Assembly: GCA_040903985.1 (NCBI GenBank) | Contig: JBBDUI010000002.1 | Span: 599,633 to 663,632, forward strand | Length of the DNA stretch: 64,000 bases | From: Candidatus Saccharimonadales bacterium | GTDB lineage: Bacteria > Patescibacteriota > Saccharimonadia > QS-5-54-17 | Reading direction: 5' to 3' | Shown here: one piece after another, positions 37,581-45,628 of the stretch | How positions within the stretch are numbered: position 1 is the stretch's first letter | How the letters are laid out: the number at the start of each line of letters is the position of its first letter | Notes under the pieces: generated by a model | Told to the model about the DNA's origin: nothing | Database searches by the model: none | The model's input: only the letters and a program-made list of their open reading frames with translations | Program-made: the position numbers and the translations under genes

Positions 37581-38225
37581 ATGAAGATAAGTATAGTTAC
37601 CCTTTTCCCTGACATGTTTGCCGGGCCATTTGCGATGAGTATGTTAGCTAAGGCGCAGGAGAAGGGGCTAGCGGAGATAGAGTTGATCGACCTGCGAGAT
37701 TTCGGCATCGGACCGCGACGGCAGGTCGATGATATACCGTATGGTGGCGGTGACGGTATGGTACTGCGTCCAGAGCCACTGTTTGCTGCGGTTGAATCGG
37801 TCAGAACATCTGAGAGCACAGTCATCTTATTGAGTCCACAAGGTGATACTCTGCGGCAGGAGCTGGTCCAAGACTTCAGTCAGTTGCCCCATTTGATCTT
37901 ACTTTGCGGCCACTACGAAGGATTTGACGAACGTATCCGCACGCTGGCCGATCATCAGATATCGATCGGTGATTATGTGTTGACGGGTGGCGAGTTACCG
38001 GCAATGGTTCTAACCGATGCTGTAGTGCGACTTATCCCCGGAGTGCTCGGGGGTGAGCGCTCGGCGCTCGATGAATCTTTTAGTGACGGCGTAACGTTAG
38101 AGCATCCGCACTATACACGGCCAGAAGAGTTTCGCGGTATGTCTGTGCCGGATGTGCTCCTCAGCGGTCACCACCAAAAGATCGATGATTGGCGTAAGCA
38201 AAAGAGTCGACGCAAGAACAGTTAG
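37581..38225 (+). CDS. trmD: tRNA (guanine37-N1)-methyltransferase TrmD.
   Basis: MKISIVTLFPDMF N-terminus. SPOUT knot motifs. 214 aa. Confidence 0.9.
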   Translation: MKISIVTLFPDMFAGPFAMSMLAKAQEKGLAEIELIDLRDFGIGPRRQVDDIPYGGGDGMVLRPEPLFAAVESVRTSESTVILLSPQGDTLRQELVQDFSQLPHLILLCGHYEGFDERIRTLADHQISIGDYVLTGGELPAMVLTDAVVRLIPGVLGGERSALDESFSDGVTLEHPHYTRPEEFRGMSVPDVLLSGHHQKIDDWRKQKSRRKNS

Positions 38226-38275
38226 CTTAAACACCGTATAATTAGTGGGGATAGTCGAAGTTAGGAGGCTTCAGA

Positions 38276-39016
38276 ATGAGTGAAGATTCAGAGAGCCGTT
38301 TATCTCACCCGGCCGCAGCCGGAAAAAAGCTAGAGCTGGAGCTCAGCGCACGGATAGCCGATCATGCCGCCAGAGCCGCCAGCTTGTTGGCACGGTTAGA
38401 GGCACCGGAGGAGCTACTGGATGGAGTTCGGGGGCAGGCCGAGCTAGGGGTGATTAGTGAGCAGAATAGAAGTAGTTATAATTTTCGACGCTACTACGCT
38501 CTTTTCGCTGAACCATTAGCTGAGGTTAGCTTAACTTTAGAGGATATAGATAGGGAGTGGCTGAGCCAGCTACTCTTGAACTGGTTCGGGGTTGATCAAG
38601 TGGTCCGTCAGGCCGCACAACGGCACATCGGAGCGCAGCTTTCTTCGGTAGCGAGCTATACAGACTGGCAGGATAAGATCGTCAAGCCACGTCTAGACCG
38701 TATCCCGACGGACTTACTACCTACGCAAGCCCGGGGGCAGACCCAGTTCGAGTCGGCGTACTATAGCCATATCAGAGTGGCCGCCTATGCGGCCGGAATC
38801 GGCCTCAGTTTTTTACGCTATGAGCTAGGCGATCAGTATCCGACCACTACTGTCGATAACATCCAGGATATTCAACTGCGTAAATATCTAGAGCGTGTGT
38901 CCGATAAGGACTTGCAGCAACAGGCAAATGCATTAACAGAACACCAGGCTAGTGCGTTTGCCTTTGACGATGTCTTTATTATCGATACGCACCGACAGTA
39001 CGTTGAGCAGGAGTGA
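38276..39016 (+). CDS. Hypothetical protein (246 aa) at the position where rimM/rplS usually follow trmD.
   Basis: ORF only. No motif. Confidence 0.35.
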   Translation: MSEDSESRLSHPAAAGKKLELELSARIADHAARAASLLARLEAPEELLDGVRGQAELGVISEQNRSSYNFRRYYALFAEPLAEVSLTLEDIDREWLSQLLLNWFGVDQVVRQAAQRHIGAQLSSVASYTDWQDKIVKPRLDRIPTDLLPTQARGQTQFESAYYSHIRVAAYAAGIGLSFLRYELGDQYPTTTVDNIQDIQLRKYLERVSDKDLQQQANALTEHQASAFAFDDVFIIDTHRQYVEQE

Positions 39017-39047
39017 TATACTAAAACGAAAGATAATCGGAGGGGAC

Positions 39048-39446
39048 ATGAAACGTTTACTTATGAAATTAGCGACTCCAGTCCAGGCTCACTGTGACTT
39101 AGCCTGTGGAGTATACGATCCAGCCCAGGCTAGAGTAGAAGCCGAATCGGTCAAGGCGATTCAGGAGAAATATCAAGCTTCAGATGATGCGACATTTAAG
39201 CAGCGCTGCGTACTGATAAAAGAAGAGCGGGCCCAATTAGTGAAGGAGCACCTCTGGGTACTGTGGACCGACTATTTTAAGCCGGAGCATCTAGAGGTGT
39301 ATCCAGATCTGCACGATCTGTTTTGGCGAGCGACTAAGCAGGCTGGAGAGTGCAAGAAATCGACCGACCCAGCTACCGGGCAGAAGTTACTTGATCTTGT
39401 GGCAGAAGTTGAGTCTGTCTTTACCGCTACCAAACAGCAGCAGTAA
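39048..39446 (+). CDS. sodN: Nickel superoxide dismutase precursor (14-aa propeptide, then the HCDLACGVYDP Ni-hook).
   Basis: The mature sequence HCDLACGVYDPAQARVEAESVKAIQEKY...VLWTDYFKPEHLEVYPDLH aligns nearly residue-for-residue with Streptomyces NiSOD. RBS GGAGGGG precedes ATG 39048. Confidence 0.85.
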   Translation: MKRLLMKLATPVQAHCDLACGVYDPAQARVEAESVKAIQEKYQASDDATFKQRCVLIKEERAQLVKEHLWVLWTDYFKPEHLEVYPDLHDLFWRATKQAGECKKSTDPATGQKLLDLVAEVESVFTATKQQQ

Positions 39447-39449
39447 CCT

Positions 39450-39740
39450 ATGTTTGGTTGGCCTTGGCTTAAGCTCTACCGGGTGGAAGGAGAGTCAATG
39501 TCCCCTACTCTTCGCCCCGGAGTTCTGTTCCTAGGCTCTGGGCTGATTACTGCGAAAGCTGGTCATATAGTTGTTATCAAGCGTAAACCTCTGAGCATTA
39601 AGCGAATAAAATCACTCGACACCGATGGAGTATGGGTAGAAGGTGACAATAAATCAGCCAGTACCGATAGCCGAATTTACGGCCCGGTAAAGAGAGAACA
39701 GATAGAGGCTATAATTTTTTTTCGGGTAGTAAGTAGGTGA
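39450..39740 (+). CDS. sodX: NiSOD maturation protease SodX (S26 signal-peptidase-like).
   Basis: GESMSPTL (signal peptidase I Ser motif) and STDSR. Sits immediately downstream of sodN. Confidence 0.7.
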   Translation: MFGWPWLKLYRVEGESMSPTLRPGVLFLGSGLITAKAGHIVVIKRKPLSIKRIKSLDTDGVWVEGDNKSASTDSRIYGPVKREQIEAIIFFRVVSR

Positions 39741-40003
39741 AAGTTAAATTAAAAATTATAATCTATGCAAGGTATCTAGACGTACGCCTTATTAGGCGCG
39801 GGCGTGTAGTATAGTTTGACCATAAAACGGATATAACTCAGATATTCTGTAAACTGTACTTGGTCCATTAGCTAAGTGAGGGTGTAGTTGTTTGCACCCC
39901 TTAACCATAAATGGTAAAATTGAGATATTGTAATCAATCGTTACCACGGAGGCTAATCTGCCTATTATGAACAGTAATTTATTTCTGAGCATAAGGTTAA
40001 CTT

Positions 40004-40987
40004 ATGTCTAGACTTCCTATTCCCGGCTCTGACGATGGAGTCTGGGGAGACATTCTAAACGAATACCTCCAGCACGAGCATAACGAGGATGGTACGCATA
40101 AAACAGTTCCTGTTTCCAGGGGCGGTACCGGTGCTATCAACGCTTCTGCCGCTAGAACAAACTTGGATGCTGCAGCTAGCGATCATAACCACGATGTCGA
40201 TTACGAAGTCGCCGGAGCAGTCTCTACTCATGCTTCCGAGGTTACAAGTGTGCATGGTATCGCTGACACCTCAGTGCTTGAAACTACTACCGGTGCTCAA
40301 GGTAAGGTGGATACCCATGCCTCCGATACAACAAGTGTCCACGGCATAGCCGATACTTCGGTCCTCGAGACTTCAGCCGGTGCTCAAGCAAAAATTGATG
40401 CACACACCGAGGCAAGTGATCCTCACTCTAATTACTTAGATACGACTCGCCATGAGGCTTTAGACCACTCCTCTGTACTTGCTACAGCCGCCTTATCAGA
40501 CCTCGGATCACTGGATGCCGGTTCGAGCAGAATCACAAATATAATCGACCCATCCAGCCCTCAGGACGCCGCAACAAAAGATTATGTAGATACCAATATT
40601 CCTTCAGCATTAAATGACTTGTCTGATGTTGATACTTCGGGCGGATCCGAGGGCGACTCTCTTACTCAGCAGGCTGATGGAACGTTTGCACCGCAGCAAA
40701 ACACGCACCCTACAAGCCTTCGCCCGCATACCTCAACGCTAGGCCCAGTGGCGTACAGGATGTCGAGAACCGGAAAGGATGAAAACGGTATTTTCACTAC
40801 GGTTAACTGGCATCGTCCTGACGACACCCTTGCCGTTCAGTCGGTACTGTCGGGTGGAACAACACCAACCTATACTGCTCGAACAGTTACGGAATATGCA
40901 GCAAATGGTGTCGATGTGTTGGAAACCACGACCTACACGCTTTCTTACGATGGTGACGGTGATCTTATTGCGGAGATATTCGCATGA
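40004..40987 (+). CDS. Tail-fibre-like protein (327 aa) with internal tandem approximately 27-aa repeats.
   Basis: MSRLPIPGSDDGVWGDILNEYL leader. Repeats TSVHGIADTSVLETTTGAQGKVDTHASDT appear twice. ATKDYVDT collar motif. Confidence 0.7.
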   Translation: MSRLPIPGSDDGVWGDILNEYLQHEHNEDGTHKTVPVSRGGTGAINASAARTNLDAAASDHNHDVDYEVAGAVSTHASEVTSVHGIADTSVLETTTGAQGKVDTHASDTTSVHGIADTSVLETSAGAQAKIDAHTEASDPHSNYLDTTRHEALDHSSVLATAALSDLGSLDAGSSRITNIIDPSSPQDAATKDYVDTNIPSALNDLSDVDTSGGSEGDSLTQQADGTFAPQQNTHPTSLRPHTSTLGPVAYRMSRTGKDENGIFTTVNWHRPDDTLAVQSVLSGGTTPTYTARTVTEYAANGVDVLETTTYTLSYDGDGDLIAEIFA

Positions 40988-41646
40988 TTAGTATGCTCGA
41001 CGCACATGGCATCGTTGGCGGCGGAGGTAATGCAGAGAAAGTTCTAATGAGTCAGGCATTTACTGTATCTGGACAGTTCGTCGTACCTAGCGGAGTTACT
41101 GAGATATTAATCTCTGCTATTGGCGCTGGCGGGGGTGGCGGGTATGCCCATAATGGAGGATATGGCTGGTCGATGCGAGGCGGCGGCGGAGGTAGTGGTT
41201 ACTACTTTCCAAAGACTCGATACACCGTTACGCCAGGTATCACTCTGACGGTTACTATTGGCTCGGGCGGGGCAGGCCAATCTAGTGGAAATTCTTCCCC
41301 TGGCCCCGGTGGTAGTACTGTAGTTTCTGGCACGGGAGTATCAATTACTGCTGGCGGAGGAGCAGCGGGTAATGGTGCTGCTGAAGGCAATCCTGGGTCT
41401 GGCACAGGTTCTAGTCACTTTTGGCGGGGTGGGGCGGCTGGACGTGCAGGCTACGTTCAGAACGGCAGTGGTTCTGGTGCAGGCGGAGGTCCGTTAGGTG
41501 GAGCGAGTAAGACGTCGGGAGGCTCGGGCAATGCTGGTGGAGTAGGATCCGGTGGAAGCGGTGGGCATAACTCAACAGGTAGCGGGAGTGTCTACGCTGG
41601 TGGAGCAGGAGGTCGTGGAGAAGTCTTGATTGAGTGGTACGAATAA
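40984..41646 (+). CDS. Gly-rich tail-fibre C-terminal module encoded as a separate ATGA-coupled gene (220 aa).
   Basis: FTVSGQFVVPSGVTEILISAIGAGGGGG...GGAGGRGEVLIEWYE is homologous to the C-terminal half of 20040..21407. Confidence 0.6.
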   Translation: MISMLDAHGIVGGGGNAEKVLMSQAFTVSGQFVVPSGVTEILISAIGAGGGGGYAHNGGYGWSMRGGGGGSGYYFPKTRYTVTPGITLTVTIGSGGAGQSSGNSSPGPGGSTVVSGTGVSITAGGGAAGNGAAEGNPGSGTGSSHFWRGGAAGRAGYVQNGSGSGAGGGPLGGASKTSGGSGNAGGVGSGGSGGHNSTGSGSVYAGGAGGRGEVLIEWYE

Positions 41647-41742
41647 GAGAAGACTACAAACTAAGACATGAGCAGCCTATACAGCAAGCGGACATTAATA
41701 ACTGGCTAATTCAGTAATAATTTGTTAAAACTTATATAGTGT

Positions 41743-41817
41743 TGGCGCGTGGCCAAATGGTAAGGCACCTGGTTCTGGTCCAGGGGATTCTAGGTTCGAG
41801 TCCTAGCGCGCCAGCCA
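41743..41817 (+). tRNA. tRNA-Gln (anticodon CUG).
   Basis: Acceptor TGGCGCG/CGCGCCA (U1-A72). Anticodon arm CCTGG-TTCTGGT-CCAGG. T-arm CTAGG-TTCGAGT-CCTAG. Discriminator G plus CCA. Confidence 0.8.
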
Positions 41818-41875
41818 AGCATAAGCATTATGCACTCCTCTATCATGAGAAGCATGTTGTTGGTATAGTTACTGC

Positions 41876-42403
41876 ATGAATTTGATATTTATTTATGGTC
41901 CGCCTGCATCTGGGAAGCTAACCGTAGCAAAAGAGCTGTCAAAACTAACGGGCTATCCAGTATTTCATAATCATTTGACTCGCGACCTTGTACGGAGCCT
42001 ATATCCAGGCAAAGTAGATGATCATTATGACCTTGTAGATACTTTGCGTGAAGAGGTGATGAAGCATTGCACTATCCATGGTACAAATCTAATTTTTACA
42101 ATGGTGTATGATGGCCCAGAAGACGATGAGGTAGTAGCAAGGCGAGTTAATACAGTTATTGAGAATGGAGGAAGCGTACTCTTTGTCGAATTAACTGCTC
42201 CACACGATATTTTGCTTGAGCGAGTCTCCAATGAGTCTCGTAAGCAACATAAAAAGATTGAAGACCGCGAATTACTGGCGTCATTGCTCAATACAAAAGC
42301 CTACTCATCCGTTCCATACGGCAATATCTTAAAGATCGATACATCTATCATGAGCCCGCAACAAGCAGCAAAAGAAATTGCTAGTCACCACAAACTCACC
42401 TAA
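41876..42403 (+). CDS. P-loop kinase / AAA-type NTPase (zeta-toxin or chloramphenicol-phosphotransferase-like fold).
   Basis: Walker A IYGPPASGKLT. 175 aa. Confidence 0.55.
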   Translation: MNLIFIYGPPASGKLTVAKELSKLTGYPVFHNHLTRDLVRSLYPGKVDDHYDLVDTLREEVMKHCTIHGTNLIFTMVYDGPEDDEVVARRVNTVIENGGSVLFVELTAPHDILLERVSNESRKQHKKIEDRELLASLLNTKAYSSVPYGNILKIDTSIMSPQQAAKEIASHHKLT

Positions 42404-42652
42404 TTTTTAGTTAGAACAGTAACTATGGTTACGATAGCGTCTGCTACGTCCCTTCTAGTTTAATAATTTAGGAAATAAGTGATCGTATGGTCGAAATCGT
42501 TGCTGGATTAACCTTGTCTGGCAAGGTTCGAAAATCGGACCACAAGCCCAGCCATAAGAAAGTAGCTACATACTTGAAGCTACTTTCTTATGGCTGGGGT
42601 GTGTACACCACAGAGTCTACTAGGTTATGATACCGGTATAAACAAAGTCACT

Positions 42653-43339
42653 ATGTCAGAAACTAACTCACGTCATCAGTCAGCTCAGCATTTTGAGCTA
42701 CACCATGAGGATAATGGTGAGGCTATTGTCTGTATGTCGCATGATAACGAATGCTCGGTTTTAGCGCAGATTGCCGCCGAGTATTCCGATGTTGAGGAAG
42801 AGTTTTTAGCAACTTCAGTAGAGCAGGCTCTGTCTGCTATCGATAATTACATGGAGGGACGGGCGAGCGAGGTATTTCAGGGACTACATATAGTTCTAGG
42901 GGAGGATCTGACTTCGGGTGGTGCGGAAGCGTTACCCGCAGAAAATCGAGTTTTGCTTAATGGTAGAAAGCTATCGATGAGCATAGCTGACATGCGCAAT
43001 ACTCTCGATTCGTATAGTGACGATGAACTGACGGGTGGAAGTATAGATGAGCACGATCCTAGTGGAGCACTGCAGTACACATTAGTACATGAGATGGGGC
43101 ACATATTAGATGAGAGAACTTTGACCGGTGAATCCCGCCATCGAGTAGATGCGGGTGAAAGTCCCACAGCGTATGGCCGTGTACCTGATGAGTGGCATGA
43201 TGAGAAGGATCATGAAGCATTTGCTGAAGGGTTTGCGCACCTAGTTTTCGGAATACCGGTCAGCTCTGTCTTAGAAACTGCCGTCGCGGAAACTATAGAG
43301 TCGCGGCTAGATGAGGTTGACGCCGCTAAGACTCAGTAA
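42653..43339 (+). CDS. Putative HExxH zinc metallopeptidase (start moved to internal Met 42653).
   Basis: TLVHEMGHILDE HExxH motif. Confidence 0.45.
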   Translation: MSETNSRHQSAQHFELHHEDNGEAIVCMSHDNECSVLAQIAAEYSDVEEEFLATSVEQALSAIDNYMEGRASEVFQGLHIVLGEDLTSGGAEALPAENRVLLNGRKLSMSIADMRNTLDSYSDDELTGGSIDEHDPSGALQYTLVHEMGHILDERTLTGESRHRVDAGESPTAYGRVPDEWHDEKDHEAFAEGFAHLVFGIPVSSVLETAVAETIESRLDEVDAAKTQ

Positions 43340-43562
43340 AAGACTGTTTTCTTTTCTGGGTAAGCTTAACATATCTATATATGGAGTAGCTTAGAGTTGC
43401 CACTACGACAACCATTATCAGCCAACCGCCACCAGTAGTCGGCAGGGAGTCCGGTAGAGTAATACCACCCGATTCGGTAGTCTCATTGTACTCTTGTGCC
43501 CCATAGGTGCTGGTGCCATACTGGGAAATCATACGAAGTGCTAAAAGTGTTATCTGATCCAT
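43326..43562 (-). CDS. Small (78 aa) LPxTG-type sortase substrate-like protein.
   Basis: C-terminal LPTTGG, then a hydrophobic stretch WLIMVVVVATLSYSI and a basic tail KLTQKRK. Confidence 0.45.
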   Translation of the reverse strand: MDQITLLALRMISQYGTSTYGAQEYNETTESGGITLPDSLPTTGGGWLIMVVVVATLSYSIYRYVKLTQKRKQSFTES

Positions 43563-43651
43563 ATTTATTTTCTACCCTGTACCGTTGTTACTTGAAGGTT
43601 ATTGTATTAAACTTATGTTAGCATAGCAACTAAGAACAAGCGAGGGATAAA

Positions 43652-43828
43652 GTGCCAGGATTAGGATTAACAGAATTACTAGTAATATTAGGTATATTGA
43701 TGCTACTTTTCGGCTCTAAGAAGTTGCCGGAATTAGCGAAGAGCATAGGAAGCTCAGTCCAAGAACTACGCAAGGGAGTGAGTACGGAGCCTAAGAGCGA
43801 CGACTCTAAAGACGATACGACTCTATAG
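43652..43828 (+). CDS. tatA: Twin-arginine translocase subunit TatA/E (58 aa, GTG start).
   Basis: Manual translation gives PGLGLTELLVILGILMLLFGSKKLPELAKSIG, the canonical TatA TM plus FG-KKLP hinge. RBS GAGGGA upstream. Confidence 0.7.
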   Translation: MPGLGLTELLVILGILMLLFGSKKLPELAKSIGSSVQELRKGVSTEPKSDDSKDDTTL

Positions 43829-43853
43829 CTCTACCTAAAGATAAAAGGAGAGT

Positions 43854-44936
43854 ATGGGTATGAGTAGTGGGACATACCAACAGACGTTACTTGACCATCT
43901 AGTTGAGCTACGTCAGCGTCTGTTTTGGGTGGCATTGACGTTAGTATTCGCATCTGCAGCGGGTTATTTGATATTGGATCAGATAATAGATGTATTGATG
44001 AGTCCTCTGGCCACTGACCAGCCGCTAATTTACACCTCTCCGGCCGGTGGATTGGAGTTTCTGTTTAAGATCTGCTTATTTTTTGGCTTTTTACTGACAA
44101 TACCGGTCCTGCTGTACCACATAATTAAGTTTATCGAGCCGATGATATTTAAGCAGTCGGTGCGCTCACTGATCACTTTGATCAGTGTTTCTATTATACT
44201 GATGGTCCTGGGGGCCAGTTTCGCCTATTTCGTCAGCCTACCGGCGGCGCTGCACTTTCTAACCGGTTTTAATACTGATCAACTACAGGCGTTGCTTTCG
44301 ACGAATGAATACCTATCATTTGTCATGATTTACGTCGCCGGTTTCGCCCTGATATTCCAGCTGCCGTTGCTGATGATATTTATCAATCGAATTAACCCAC
44401 TACAGCCACAGAAGTTATGGTCGACTATGCGTTATGTGATAGTTATCAGTTTTATCGTAGCCGCTATTATCACCCCTACACCGGATCCTATGAACCAGGC
44501 CCTAATGGCTGGTCCAATTATAATTATGTATATCATCGGTGTTGGCGCTGTCTGGTTGATTAATCGGAGTAAGGCAGTGTCGGTTACTGACCCTGATATT
44601 GACCCCAGTTATTTCGACAATCTAACTGAGACGGCTAGTGAATTAAGACCGGAGACTCCGGTAATCGGTCCAAGCCTTTGCGGTGCTAACTCTACTTCAG
44701 TAATAGATTATTCTCAGGCTAACGCTGAGTTACGAACCGAGACATCTAACTTACTTGATTTGACGAGCCGACCCCGAGCGAAACTTCAAGCAGCAGAAAC
44801 TGTTGTGGACTTACCCCTGGTAGTGCCGGGCGCTCCTCTTGCCCCGCATATTGCAGATAGTGATTCTGGGCCAACTGTAAAACCGCCACTCCGACCGCGA
44901 ATAGGGTCGTCTCACGTGCTTGATCCGCGCAGCTAG
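43854..44936 (+). CDS. tatC: Twin-arginine translocase TatC with a roughly 110-aa C-terminal extension.
   Basis: HLVELRQRLFWVAL N-terminus. 6 TM helices. 360 aa against a typical 250. Confidence 0.8.
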   Translation: MGMSSGTYQQTLLDHLVELRQRLFWVALTLVFASAAGYLILDQIIDVLMSPLATDQPLIYTSPAGGLEFLFKICLFFGFLLTIPVLLYHIIKFIEPMIFKQSVRSLITLISVSIILMVLGASFAYFVSLPAALHFLTGFNTDQLQALLSTNEYLSFVMIYVAGFALIFQLPLLMIFINRINPLQPQKLWSTMRYVIVISFIVAAIITPTPDPMNQALMAGPIIIMYIIGVGAVWLINRSKAVSVTDPDIDPSYFDNLTETASELRPETPVIGPSLCGANSTSVIDYSQANAELRTETSNLLDLTSRPRAKLQAAETVVDLPLVVPGAPLAPHIADSDSGPTVKPPLRPRIGSSHVLDPRS

Positions 44937-45021
44937 CTTGACAGCGCCTGCCAGACTAGTATTATAAGAATAAGCGTAAAGCAAAATTGAAGCAAAATAA
45001 AAAACTAAAAAGGAAACAACA

Positions 45022-45219
45022 ATGAATTCCAACGACACCAAACAAGCTATTACTAATATAGTTAACACTCCGATGGATCGAAAACAGTTCCTGACCTATG
45101 TCGGCGCCGGCGCAGTAGCGGTATCGGGCATTAATGCCGGACTTAAGCTATTTAGTGGCAACAAAAGAGGTATAGGTACTGTAACTAGTGGTTACGGCGG
45201 TAGCGCTTACGGCGCCTAG
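45022..45219 (+). CDS. Small protein (65 aa) with a Tat-like RK-QFL signal region, directly downstream of tatAC.
   Basis: DRKQFLTYVGAGAVAVSGINA resembles a degenerate twin-arginine motif plus h-region. Confidence 0.3.
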   Translation: MNSNDTKQAITNIVNTPMDRKQFLTYVGAGAVAVSGINAGLKLFSGNKRGIGTVTSGYGGSAYGA

Positions 45220-45628
45220 TCGTAGCAGATTGTTCTACGTTTTACGAAACAAGCGTAAACATAGCGAGGGTAGAAATTAAAGATTTACCTGGCGTTAAGA
45301 CTCTTATATGTTATTAGCTTAGAGAATTAAAATTACAATTTGGTTTATCTTACCTTCCAGCACTAAGCGAAAAATTGCTATAAAGGCTTCAGCTTGAAGT
45401 AGCGGCATACTTTAGTACTTATGCTAGAATGTGGTGCGTAATGAAAGGTTGATGAAGTGATAGTTGCTGATATACACAAACTTGCAGCGATTACTCTTGA
45501 AATTAAAATTGATTTGGCCAGGATTACTGCAAATGTTATCAGTATCAGCTGGGTTTCTCGTACTACTGCAGCTAGCCTCACCATGAGAGATGAGGCAGCA
45601 TTTTTTATACACAGAGTGAGAGTCTGTA

